A stretch of DNA of 64,000 bases. Origin: Candidatus Spongiihabitans sp. Lineage in GTDB: Bacteria > Pseudomonadota > Gammaproteobacteria > Arenicellales > Poriferihabitantaceae. Each line of letters starts with the position of its first letter. The first letter of the stretch is position 1. Position numbers and translations under genes: made by a program. The stretch lies in contig NZ_OZ250154.1 in the NCBI RefSeq assembly GCF_965237845.1, positions 195,121-259,120 on the forward strand, written 5' to 3'. Below are positions 51,207-60,542 of this stretch, piece after piece. The notes below the pieces were generated by a model that was given only the letters and a program-made list of their open reading frames with translations, did no database searches and was not told where the DNA came from.

Positions 51207-52178
51207 CTATTTTCTCCGCGGCAGACGCAAACTCAACAAGCCGTTCGGCAAAAACAGTATCAGCGCAATCAGCGCCGACGAAAAAATCAACAGTTGATAG
51301 GCGCCCGTCTTAAACAGAAAATCCCAGCCCATATACAGCACCAGCGTCCCCAGCATCGGCCCAAACACATAATTGAGTCCGCCCAGAAAACAGTAAAGCA
51401 TGAAATTCACCGACTCCTGAATCTGAAAAGTGGCGGGATAAATAGACTGCACAATCGCGGCAAAAATCGCCCCGCCGACTCCCCCGAGAAAAGAGGAAAT
51501 CGCGTATGCCAAGATACGCAAATAGGCGACATTAACGCCGATGGAAGATGCCAGCTCCTCGTTTTGCTGTAGCGAACGGCATAAAACCCCCAGCCGCGAA
51601 TTGACCAGCCGCCACATGGCGGCGAAGCACAAAATCATCAGCACCACGGCCAGATAATAAAAACCGAGGCGCAGGTTTCCCAATTCCGCAAAATCGGGAA
51701 TCAGCGTCAGCCCAAAAAGTTCCACGCCGCCAGGCGGCGGAATGTTGGTGATGCCCCGCGGGCCGTTGGTGATCGATAGCGCCTGCGCTAAAAGACGCGC
51801 CACCTCGGTCAGCGTCAGCGTCACCATCGCAAAATACACGCCGCGCAAGCGCAAAATGGGCAGGCCGATCAGTACGCTCGCACCAGCGCAAAAAAGCCCG
51901 GCAAGCGGCAACGTCCACCAAAACAGCACGCCGTATTTGACCACCAAAATCGCCGACACATAGCCGCCCATCAGCGCGTAGGCGCCCTGCCCGATATTGA
52001 TTCGCCCGATGAAAAAAGTCAGCCACACGCCGGCACTGATGACGCTCAACAGTGCCACCGATGTCAGCACGCTGATTAAATCGCCGCGCTCGGTTTGAAT
52101 CAACAGCCACGGCACAGCCGCCAGTACCGCGAAAAGAAAAACACCGGTGCCGATAGCGGTTTTTATGTTATTCGTCAT
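51207..52178 (-). CDS. livM: LivM-type ABC transporter permease
   Basis: 323 aa polytopic protein in the conserved position between livH and livG. Confidence 0.8.
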   Translation of the reverse strand: MTNNIKTAIGTGVFLFAVLAAVPWLLIQTERGDLISVLTSVALLSVISAGVWLTFFIGRINIGQGAYALMGGYVSAILVVKYGVLFWWTLPLAGLFCAGASVLIGLPILRLRGVYFAMVTLTLTEVARLLAQALSITNGPRGITNIPPPGGVELFGLTLIPDFAELGNLRLGFYYLAVVLMILCFAAMWRLVNSRLGVLCRSLQQNEELASSIGVNVAYLRILAYAISSFLGGVGGAIFAAIVQSIYPATFQIQESVNFMLYCFLGGLNYVFGPMLGTLVLYMGWDFLFKTGAYQLLIFSSALIALILFLPNGLLSLRLPRRK

Positions 52179-52182
52179 GCCG

Positions 52183-53055
52183 TCAGCCCCATGGCTTACC
52201 CATCAGTCCATGTGGACGTATGCTGAGAAACACCATCAGGCTAGCGAAAATCACCAAATAAGTAATGTCGCCGTAAGCGCGCAGATAAGACAGCCCGAAA
52301 GACTCCATTATGCCCAAGATAAAGCCGCCAGCGATGGCGCCGGGCACCACGCCGGCACCGCCGATCATCACCATCAAAAACGCCTTGATGGAGACCGAAC
52401 CGCCGATGCCGGAACTGACCCCGGTAATGGCGACCAACAGTCCGCCGGCAATGCCGGCCAGCATCGCGCCCAGTGCAAAGCCCAACATTCCGTATCGATC
52501 GGTCGACACGCCCATCAGTTGCGCCGCGGTGCGGTCTTGCGCCAGCGCCCGCATCGCGCGCCCGGGCTTGGTGTATTGCATGAAGAGGATGAAGGTGACA
52601 ATCAGTAGTGCGGTACACACGCCGATCACGATTTTATCATTGGGGGTGACCACAGTAAAATCGCCCCAGTTTTGCACGCCTTCCATAGTTTTCGGTACGC
52701 CGTGCTGTTTTTGCCCGAACAGCAGCAAAATGACGCTGTCAAAGAAAAAAGCCAGCCCGGCCGCCAGCAACATCGAACTTTCTTCGCGCACGCTTTTTTT
52801 CAGTACCGGGCGGAACAAAAACTTCTCCACCACCGCGCCCACCGCCAACAAAGTCAGCGCCGACGTCGCCAGCCCGAGCGCAAAGGGCATCCCCAGCTTT
52901 GCGTAAACAAGATACGTCATATAGCCACCCAGCACATACATTTGTCCGTGCGCGAAGTTGAGCACGTTCATCAGCGCGAAAATAAGTGTTAATCCGAGCG
53001 CGATCAGCGCGTATTGCGCGCCCAGATACAGCCCGGTGACGAGAATTTGCTCCAT
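52183..53055 (-). CDS. livH: LivH-type ABC transporter permease
   Basis: 290 aa, LNFAHGQMYVLGGY motif. Confidence 0.8.
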   Translation of the reverse strand: MEQILVTGLYLGAQYALIALGLTLIFALMNVLNFAHGQMYVLGGYMTYLVYAKLGMPFALGLATSALTLLAVGAVVEKFLFRPVLKKSVREESSMLLAAGLAFFFDSVILLLFGQKQHGVPKTMEGVQNWGDFTVVTPNDKIVIGVCTALLIVTFILFMQYTKPGRAMRALAQDRTAAQLMGVSTDRYGMLGFALGAMLAGIAGGLLVAITGVSSGIGGSVSIKAFLMVMIGGAGVVPGAIAGGFILGIMESFGLSYLRAYGDITYLVIFASLMVFLSIRPHGLMGKPWG

Positions 53056-53121
53056 AACCGGAAAACCGCGAGTTAAACAAAGAAAAAGCCCGCCATGCGG
53101 GCTTTTCCTGTGCGTCGAGGA

Positions 53122-54261
53122 CTAATCGACGTTAGTCACAAACAGGGTTTGGAATTCGCCATCGCGATATTCGTTCACCACCATCGGGATGCCAACCTGC
53201 CGTTTCTGCCCGAAAGACGTGGAACCGACATACACCAATTTTTCGTTGCCTTTCATATACGGATTCGGCACGGAAAGCGTGTCCATCGTTTTTTGGAACT
53301 CTGTCACGTCATCAATGGCTTTCGGATTGGCTTTGAGCGTTTCCAAAATATATTCCATGGCATACACCTTGGTGTTGGACTCGTCGTCATACTGCCCGTG
53401 ATCCTGGGTGTAGCGGCGGATGAATTCCTCCATCCTTTCGGAGCGAATCTCCGGCGTGGACGCGCCGCCGACTGAAATAAAGCCATTCGCTAGATCGCCA
53501 GCGCCTTCTTTCAGCTGCGTGGCATCCTGTGCGGTTTCAGAGGACATCAGCCCGGTGTAGCCCAGCTCCCTGGCGGCGCGGATGATCAGCGGCGCGGTGC
53601 CGCCGGCGACGCCGGAGAGAACCAGCAAATCAGGCTTGAGTTTGACGATCTGGGTGACCGCTGGCGCGAAGTCTCGGGTGTCGCTTTGATAAGCGTCCTG
53701 CGCCAGCACTTTCAAATCAAGTGCTTGGGCGGCTTGCACACCGCCTTCGCGCTGGCTCAGCGCGTCCGATTCATTTGCCGCCAAAAAAGCGATGGATTTG
53801 ATGCCTTTGTTTTCTTTCAGGTATTTGTAGATCGCCGGCCCGGATTGGTAGTTGGCGATCATCCCCAAAATGGCGTTGGAAGCCGGCTTGGAATACAACT
53901 CCTTGGGAAAAGCGTAGGGAAAATACATCACGCCGTCTCTTTCCGCCACCGGGCGCACCGCCGCGGCGGTGGGGTCGGTGTTCGGGCCGATGACATAATG
54001 AATGCCCTCTTGCACCATTTTTTCCATGCCCTCGCGAGCGCGGGTGGTGTTGTCCTGGGTATCCCAGGTCACGATTTCGATATCGTAAGTGGTGCCGCCG
54101 ATTTTGATGCCGCCTTCATCGTTCACCCACTTGGCGCGCGTTTGCATGCAGCGGACATTGGAAATGCCCCATGCGGCCTTCGCGCCGCTGGTGATGCCGA
54201 CAAAACCGATTTTGAGCGTTTCATTGGCGTTGGCGACAGGCGCAAGCCCTAGGGACAACAT
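53122..54261 (-). CDS. LIV-type periplasmic substrate-binding protein; the signal peptide region appears frameshifted
   Basis: The 379-aa ORF begins in the middle of a signal peptide (MLSLGLAPVANA/NETLKIGF). Upstream in frame is ...KYQKLTFAFGIAS with no start. An ATG at 54296 is out of frame by one base in an A-run. Confidence 0.7.
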   Translation of the reverse strand: MLSLGLAPVANANETLKIGFVGITSGAKAAWGISNVRCMQTRAKWVNDEGGIKIGGTTYDIEIVTWDTQDNTTRAREGMEKMVQEGIHYVIGPNTDPTAAAVRPVAERDGVMYFPYAFPKELYSKPASNAILGMIANYQSGPAIYKYLKENKGIKSIAFLAANESDALSQREGGVQAAQALDLKVLAQDAYQSDTRDFAPAVTQIVKLKPDLLVLSGVAGGTAPLIIRAARELGYTGLMSSETAQDATQLKEGAGDLANGFISVGGASTPEIRSERMEEFIRRYTQDHGQYDDESNTKVYAMEYILETLKANPKAIDDVTEFQKTMDTLSVPNPYMKGNEKLVYVGSTSFGQKRQVGIPMVVNEYRDGEFQTLFVTNVD

Positions 54262-54433
54262 TGAGGCTATGCCAAAAGCGAACGTCAGTTTTTGATATTT
54301 TGCATTTTATTTGACTCCTATGAATTGATTTATGAATTGAGAGGGGTAGCGCACGCGAATGCGCCCTCCTCCATATCATGGATTATAAACGAAAATCGTT
54401 AAAGATGGTAATTTAATGTATAGGTCTGTGGAT

Positions 54434-54800
54434 TCAACCCTGAAGTGCAACAGAGGGTGGTATGCCGAATAGCGCTTGATTTGGCGTTTTCAGTCCAAGA
54501 CATTTGCGTGGTCGGTTGTTGAGTTGCGCACCACCCGCGCCAGTTGCGAGGTCTTGATGGTCGCAAGATCATTAGTCTTGGGAAAGCGCTGCCGTATCAG
54601 TCCATTGGTATTCTCATTGGCGCCGCGCTGCCAAGGTGCACAGGGATGGGCGAAGTGAAAATCGCTTTTCAGGACACCGGCAACCGCCTCATGATCGGTG
54701 AATTCGCTGCCATAGTCCGAGGTCAACGTGAGAACCTGATGTTTGATGGGGGCAGGATTTCCGACCAACGACCGCCTACCACACGCGCTGTTCCATTGGG
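54434..54800 (-). mobile_element. IS30-family transposase remnant (C-terminal third, frameshifted)
   Basis: TSDYGSEFTDHEAVAGVLKSDFHFAHPCAPWQRGANENTNGLIRQRFPK, then in another frame LNNRPRKCLGLKTPNQALF. The N-terminal two thirds are absent. Confidence 0.75.
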
Positions 54801-54804
54801 CAGC

Positions 54805-55340
54805 AGCTGCTCAGGCAAAGGCAAAGCGCGAGCATGGGTCAATAAAGGTGAACACATAGCGACGGATGCCGTCGCGCAGCCGCTCCACGGTGCCGCAGGC
54901 GAACAGATCCAGCGGGGCGGCGTGTTTTGCGGGTTTGGCGTAGCGGTTTGCGCCGTCCGCGGGTGTCAAGGCGTAGTAGGGCGCAGCGCATTTTATCGGG
55001 GGCGGCTTTGGATGATGCGGCCGATGGCGGAGATGCCCGGCGGTGTCATCCCCCGCTCTTCCACCGCCTGATGAGCGCCGACAGGGGCAGCTTGCCGAGG
55101 TTCGGATAGACCCCGCGCAAGTGCCGCACCTGGCCCGCCAGTTCGGGCGGCCAAGTCGCATGGCGGCGGCGTTTGAGCGCTCTTGAGGGGGGGGGGCTAC
55201 GCCGGGGTATGGGGGTTCGTTTGCGGGTCTAGCGCCAGCGGCGCAAGGTTCTGCGACTGACCTTGAATGCATCACAGGCGGCGGCGTAGGCTTGCTGAAA
55301 GCGAAGGGCGTTGATTCGGGATTGGGCAGGGTCGTTCATC
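54805..55340 (-). mobile_element. Degraded rve/DDE transposase remnant (IS481-like), multiple frameshifts, 3'-truncated by the IS30 remnant
   Basis: Pieces in different frames: MNDPAQSRINALRFQQAYAAACDAFKVSRRTLRRWR, WPPELAGQVRHLRGVYPNLGK, and GTVERLRDGIRRYVFTFIDPCSRFAFA (first D region). G10 run at 55187-55196. Confidence 0.6.
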
Positions 55341-55619
55341 TCCGAACGATGCCCGAGCCCGGCAACGCGGTAAAACCCCTGATACGGTGGCCTATATGCT
55401 GGATTTGCAAGGTCTCACCTCATGGGTGGAGGTGTGCCATATGTTTCTGAGCTTATGCAATTAACGCCTCCCCTTATTTTTGCTCGTCAAATTATTCCAT
55501 GTATTGAACCCTGTTGACAAAGGGACAATCAGCGTTCCAACGGTGCAGGTCTATTTCCAGGGGAAGTGTTAGGTGTATGAACTAACTGCAGGGCAGGATA
55601 TCCAACACAATTTTCCTGC

Positions 55620-56237
55620 TCAATGCAATTTTGCGGTTACCCGCACCACACCGGATACGATTAACGCGATTGCTATTCCGCTCAGCAGACCTGCGGTATG
55701 GGCGGTATTGGCCACAACCAGCCCGAATAGTTTTTCGAGTATTCCCGACCAGCAAATTAAAAACAAGCCCAACATCAATTTAACGATCACCGGGTTTAGA
55801 CGTATTCCGAACCCCGGGTTGGTCAGGCTTTGTATCCAGACATATCCAAAATAACCGTAAATAACCCCGGACATGCCACCAAAAAAGGGCCCCGACACAA
55901 AATACTGCGCCAAATTGGAGACCACGCTGACCGCCAATGTCAGCGCACCCAATACCCCCATTCCCTGGCGCCATTCAATCAGTCGGCCGAGTTCCCAGGT
56001 CCACAGCATGTTAAAAACGATGTGAAAAATACCGGAGTGCAAAAACACAGGGGTAACCAAACGCCAGTATTGGCCGCCGAAGATTTCAGGCAGCGTCGGT
56101 TTGATGGATTCGGAAATGAGCAACGGCGTAGCGATAGTGTGCTGGTTAATCACGTTCATCAACAAATAAACCATAACGGATATCGTTACCATAGCGATAG
56201 TAAGCGGCGGATGCTTGGGAATCATGCCGGGAATCAC
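55620..56237 (-). CDS. Rhomboid family intramembrane serine protease
   Basis: 205 aa with HSGIFHIVFNM and GGMSGVIYG (catalytic Ser) ...HTAG (His) motifs. Confidence 0.85.
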   Translation of the reverse strand: MIPGMIPKHPPLTIAMVTISVMVYLLMNVINQHTIATPLLISESIKPTLPEIFGGQYWRLVTPVFLHSGIFHIVFNMLWTWELGRLIEWRQGMGVLGALTLAVSVVSNLAQYFVSGPFFGGMSGVIYGYFGYVWIQSLTNPGFGIRLNPVIVKLMLGLFLICWSGILEKLFGLVVANTAHTAGLLSGIAIALIVSGVVRVTAKLH

Positions 56238-56638
56238 GGCGCCATCTCGATACGATCACTTCCGCCCAACGTAACCTGTCTGCCATCCAGGGTAACGAAA
56301 TGCCTGCCTTTGATGGACTTTTGTTTGGCTTGATAGAGCGTGCTCATGCTGTCTTCGGCAATCACCCGAATATTGATTATCTTGTTATCGGACTGATAGC
56401 TAACGATAAAAACGGTGATGGATATAGCCATCAATGCCGCCAAAATACAATAAGCCACAGTGCGTGTGGACAATGCTCCTGGCTCACTGGTTTTGCGACT
56501 GGGTTGCCGGCTGTTTTGCTCAGGGGTTTTCCTGGTCGATTGATGCGCTTTATCGCCGTGTCTCTGGTTGCGTCTCTGGCGAAAAACCAACGCAACCACG
56601 ATGATCACCGTCAGCGTGAATAAAATCTTTGTGATCAT
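56234..56638 (-). CDS. Membrane protein of unknown function (two TM helices, basic linker)
   Basis: 134-aa ORF, translationally coupled to ycgL upstream (ATGA) and to the rhomboid gene downstream. Confidence 0.55.
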   Translation of the reverse strand: MITKILFTLTVIIVVALVFRQRRNQRHGDKAHQSTRKTPEQNSRQPSRKTSEPGALSTRTVAYCILAALMAISITVFIVSYQSDNKIINIRVIAEDSMSTLYQAKQKSIKGRHFVTLDGRQVTLGGSDRIEMAP

Positions 56639-56909
56639 ATTCTTTCGGGTATTCTTTCTGGTTCATGATCTCCCGGCGGCAATAGTAAATAATAGCCCCC
56701 GATTGCGAGTTGACGAAGCGCTTCATCGACCTCGGCCTGTGCCAGGCGACGCTGTTTAGTGAGCTTTATATCCCGCACGAAGTCGAATTCGCCAAACAAC
56801 CCTAAAAGGACCAAGTGATTTTGTGGGGGACACGCTCAAAATTGTCTTTGGCGGTAATGTAAAGGTAGGTATTTTCCTTACGGCGGCCTTTGTATATCCA
56901 AGTGTGCAT
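56635..56909 (-). pseudogene. ycgL: YcgL-domain (DUF709) gene with a frameshift in a C5 homopolymer
   Basis: MHTWIYKGRRKENTYLYITAKDNFERVP then, in the +1 frame, PQNHLVLLGLFGEFDFVRDIKLTKQRRLAQAEVDEALRQLAIGGYYLLLPP. The two parts together match the YcgL consensus. The run lies at 56825-56829. Confidence 0.65.
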
Positions 56910-57191
56910 GGCGTGATTCTACCTTAGAACCGATGCGCTGCGTGGTCCGAGCGCGCGTAGCTCAAGCAGGGAATTGCGTTCAGTGTTAGAAAAAAGCATG
57001 TATTGCTAGCCCCCGAGAAACTTTTCTGAGAAACTTTGGGAATATACCAATGAAAGAGGCGCTATGATTGATCGCCTAGCCACTTCGATATGCAATGGCA
57101 TCCTAACTTGCTAAAATTCCCGCTTTGCGATAGGCATCAATATACAAACCGACAATATGCAAACAGGCCGTATATCGAACAGTTGATATAA

Positions 57192-57830
57192 ATGATGTTG
57201 TTTGAAATTTCCACACTGCTGGCTTTTTCTTTAGTGGCATTCATGCTGGTGATTACGCCTGGGCCCGATACCATGCTGATTCTCCATCGTAGCACGGCAG
57301 GCGGCATATCTTTGGGCATGGCAACAGTAGCAGGCGTTCAAGTTGGGCTTGTTTGCCATACTCTATTGGCGATATTCGGACTTTCCGCGCTGATTGCTTC
57401 CTCGCCATTGATGTTCAAAGGGGTTGCGTTGGCAGGTTCTTTGTATCTGATTTGGTTAGCGATTCAAAACATGCGCGGAAGCAAAAAAGCAGGGGTTTTG
57501 ATAAAGGATTCTGATAAGAGTCTGCTTAATGCATTCCGTGATTCTATGCTATGCAACATTTTGAATCCAAAAGTTATCTTAATATACCTCGCGCTTATGC
57601 CAAACTTTGTGATCTTGGAATTTGGAAATGTGAAATCTCAACTCCTGATTCTCGGCGCTTTGCTGATACTAATAAACACTGTTTGGCAAGTACCGCTGTG
57701 TCTGGCTGCATTTTCAGCAAATAAATACCTTAAAAACCCAACAGTGCAAAAATATATTGACTGGAGCGCGGGATGTATTTTAATGATGTTTGCTGTGGCC
57801 ATGTTTTATGAAAATATAATACAAAGATAA
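57192..57830 (+). CDS. LysE/RhtB family amino acid exporter
   Basis: 212 aa, 6 TM, ITPGPDTMLIL motif. Confidence 0.8.
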   Translation: MMLFEISTLLAFSLVAFMLVITPGPDTMLILHRSTAGGISLGMATVAGVQVGLVCHTLLAIFGLSALIASSPLMFKGVALAGSLYLIWLAIQNMRGSKKAGVLIKDSDKSLLNAFRDSMLCNILNPKVILIYLALMPNFVILEFGNVKSQLLILGALLILINTVWQVPLCLAAFSANKYLKNPTVQKYIDWSAGCILMMFAVAMFYENIIQR

Positions 57831-57909
57831 AATACGCGATTGAGTTGGTAAGAATATCTTCGTGATTTCTTCCGTTCTGCGTGGAACAGGGCGTGATTCG
57901 CTATGCCGC

Positions 57910-59283
57910 CTATTTGCCTTTCCACAACCACGACCAGCTGGTTTTCTTTTCGGTGTGGCCGCGTTTATCGATTGGAACATAGCGTCGTTTAGTCTCCCCC
58001 ATATACAGCTGACGCGGCCGACCGATTTTTTGCTCATCGTCCACCAGCATTTCCTTCCAATGCGATATCCAGCCCACGGTTCTGCCAATGGCGAACATTA
58101 CGGTGAACATCGAGGTCGGAAAGCCCATGGCTTTCAGGATTATTCCCGAATAGAAATCCACGTTGGGATACAGTTTCTTGTCGATGAAATACGCATCCTT
58201 CAACGCCATTTCCTCGAGTTTCATGGCCAGTTCAAGTTGCGGATTATTAATCCCTAAAACTTTGAGCACTTCATGGCAAGTGTTGCGCATGACGGTTGCC
58301 CGCGGGTCGTAATTCTTATAAACGCGATGCCCGAAGCCCATCAGCCGGAATTTGTCGTTTTTGTCCTGCGCCTTTTTGACATATTTATCGATTTGATCGG
58401 CCGAGCCGATTTCATCCAGCATTTTCAACACCGCTTCGTTGGCGCCGCCATGCGCCGGGCCCCATAACGAAGCAATCCCCGAGGCGATGCAGGCATAAGG
58501 ATTCGCGCCGGAAGAGCCAGCCAGCCGTACCGTGGAAGTCGATGCGTTTTGCTCGTGGTCGGCATGCAGAATCAGAATTTTGTCGATCGCCTTGACCAGC
58601 ACCGGATTGAGCTTGTAGTCCTCGGCCGGATTGGAGAACATCATTTGCAATACATTCTCCGAATAGGACAATTCATTGCGCGGCGTGGGAAAGGGCAAGC
58701 CCAGGGAATACTTGAATGCGCACGCGCCGATGGTTGGCATTTTGGCGATCAGCCGATGCGCCGCCAGGCGCCGTTGCTCAATATCGGTTATATCGATGCT
58801 GTCGTGATAAAACGCCGATAGCGCACCGACTACGCCGACCATGATCGCCATCGGATGGGCGCTGCGCATAAAGCCGGAATAAAACCGCGCCAACTGTTCG
58901 TGAATCAGGGTATGATTTCTGATGTCTGCGTCAAAAGACGCTTTTTGCTCCGGGGTAGGGAGTTCGCCGTATAGCAGCAGGTAGCAGGTTTCCATAAAAT
59001 CGCTTTTCGCGGCCAATTCATCGATGGAATAGCCTCTGTGCAATAGCACGCCCTCGACGCCGTTGATAAAGGTAATGCTTGATTTACATGAAGCCGTCGA
59101 GGTAAAACCCGGATCATAGGTTAAAACGCCAGTTTCGCCATATAATGCCTTGATATCAATCAAGCGGTTGCCCATGGCCCCAACCCGGGAAGGTAATCGC
59201 CAGGATTCACCGGTGCTGTTGTCGGTCAGGGTGAATGAATCGGTGGTGTTGGCCTGGTCAGCTGGATTTTGCTTGTCGCTCAT
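57910..59283 (-). CDS. gltA: Citrate synthase
   Basis: [16 protein letters not shown] and [14 protein letters not shown] motifs. The start was set at the ATG at 59283 ([10 protein letters not shown]...). Confidence 0.9.
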   Translation of the reverse strand: MSDKQNPADQANTTDSFTLTDNSTGESWRLPSRVGAMGNRLIDIKALYGETGVLTYDPGFTSTASCKSSITFINGVEGVLLHRGYSIDELAAKSDFMETCYLLLYGELPTPEQKASFDADIRNHTLIHEQLARFYSGFMRSAHPMAIMVGVVGALSAFYHDSIDITDIEQRRLAAHRLIAKMPTIGACAFKYSLGLPFPTPRNELSYSENVLQMMFSNPAEDYKLNPVLVKAIDKILILHADHEQNASTSTVRLAGSSGANPYACIASGIASLWGPAHGGANEAVLKMLDEIGSADQIDKYVKKAQDKNDKFRLMGFGHRVYKNYDPRATVMRNTCHEVLKVLGINNPQLELAMKLEEMALKDAYFIDKKLYPNVDFYSGIILKAMGFPTSMFTVMFAIGRTVGWISHWKEMLVDDEQKIGRPRQLYMGETKRRYVPIDKRGHTEKKTSWSWLWKGK

Positions 59284-59478
59284 TAAAGTCTCCATCATAA
59301 TCAATTTTTCAGAATCGCACTTTTTCAGAATCAAATGCCCAGCATTGAAAAATTCAATGCTAATATTTAAAACGCTTATTTTTGTCCATATACAATAATA
59401 GAATTCCGCTGGAATAACAAACTTGTTTTAACCCCGGTATCACGCAAGGTCCAGAAACCCCCATTAAATGACCGAAAG

Positions 59479-60363
59479 ATGACTGAAAAAGAAATCGCAT
59501 TATCGGGGTTGACCGGCCAGGTCATTGCCCTGGATCTAGGAGCCGCAGACGGTGTCCCGATGGTCGCGTTGCACGGCTGGCGGGATAATGCCGCGAGTTT
59601 TATTCCCCTGGCTCAGCGCCTTGAAAAATTTCGCTGGATTTGCATCGATATGCCAGGGCATGGCAAATCGGCTCATCGGCCGGCCGGGTGTATCTATCAT
59701 TTCACCGACTATGTTGCGGATATCCATGCCATCGTGCGGGGATTGGCGCAGGAATTTGACCAGGAATTTAATCCTGGGGAATGTAATTTAGTTGGGCACT
59801 CCTTAGGCGCCGGGGTGGCGGCGATGTTCGCGGCGGCGTTCCCCGACAAAGTAAATCGGCTGGTGCTGATTGATGGCATCGGACCTATCGCCGGAGACGA
59901 TGACGATGGTTTGACTCAATTCCGCAAGTCCATGAAATTTCTTGATCAAGCGCCGCCGGATAACGTGGGTAACTCATACGGATACGCCACCTGGGAGGAA
60001 TTAAAAAGCGCGCGCATGCGCACAGGGGCAATTGATCAGAGTAGCGTGGAATGTTTACTGAGACGTGGCGCGAATTGGGTGGGCGACCGGTTTGTTGTCC
60101 ACAGCGATAAAAGATTGAAGCAACATTCTCCAATTTACCTGAGTCAGAAAAAAGTTCTTGCCCTATTAAGCGGCATTGAAGCGCCGACGCTGCTGGTCAT
60201 GGCCAACAAAGGTCAAATTATAGCAAAAAAATCAACCGCAAAAAGAATAGCGGCGATCAAGAACATAACTACCGCGACCGTCGAAGGATATCATCATGTG
60301 CATATGGACAACCCGGAATTGGTGGCGCTGGAGATTGAAAACTTTGTGGCACGGGAGATTTAA
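59479..60363 (+). CDS. Alpha/beta hydrolase
   Basis: 294 aa with VALHGW and the nucleophile elbow LVGHSLGAG. Confidence 0.75.
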   Translation: MTEKEIALSGLTGQVIALDLGAADGVPMVALHGWRDNAASFIPLAQRLEKFRWICIDMPGHGKSAHRPAGCIYHFTDYVADIHAIVRGLAQEFDQEFNPGECNLVGHSLGAGVAAMFAAAFPDKVNRLVLIDGIGPIAGDDDDGLTQFRKSMKFLDQAPPDNVGNSYGYATWEELKSARMRTGAIDQSSVECLLRRGANWVGDRFVVHSDKRLKQHSPIYLSQKKVLALLSGIEAPTLLVMANKGQIIAKKSTAKRIAAIKNITTATVEGYHHVHMDNPELVALEIENFVAREI

Positions 60364-60365
60364 TA

Positions 60366-60427
60366 CAGGATGATTTAATCCAGGATGATTTAATCTAAGG
60401 GTGATTTAATCTAAGGGTGATTCGATA
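60366..60427 (+). repeat. Four tandem 15-16 bp repeats (CAGGATGATTTAATC x2, TAAGGGTGATTTAATC, TAAGGGTGATTCGATA)
   Basis: Read directly after the hydrolase stop codon, in the convergent intergenic region with dacB. Confidence 0.9.
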
Positions 60428-60542
60428 AATAGACAGGTCCGGGCAGTTGCCCTGTTAATTGCCAGTGCGCCGGGATTTGTTTTGTGATTCTTTGGCCCGA
60501 ACGTTCTGATCTTCTGATCGAGCGTTGCCAGAAATCCAGGGC

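Noticed and set aside
49131-54295. Numerous overlapping ORFs on both strands within the GC-rich racemase/liv block (for example 51532-52110, 52310-52906 and 53686-54252).
   Set aside because: High GC suppresses stop codons in alternative frames. The translations are Arg/Ala/Gly-rich without motifs, whereas the liv and racemase frames have clear family signatures.
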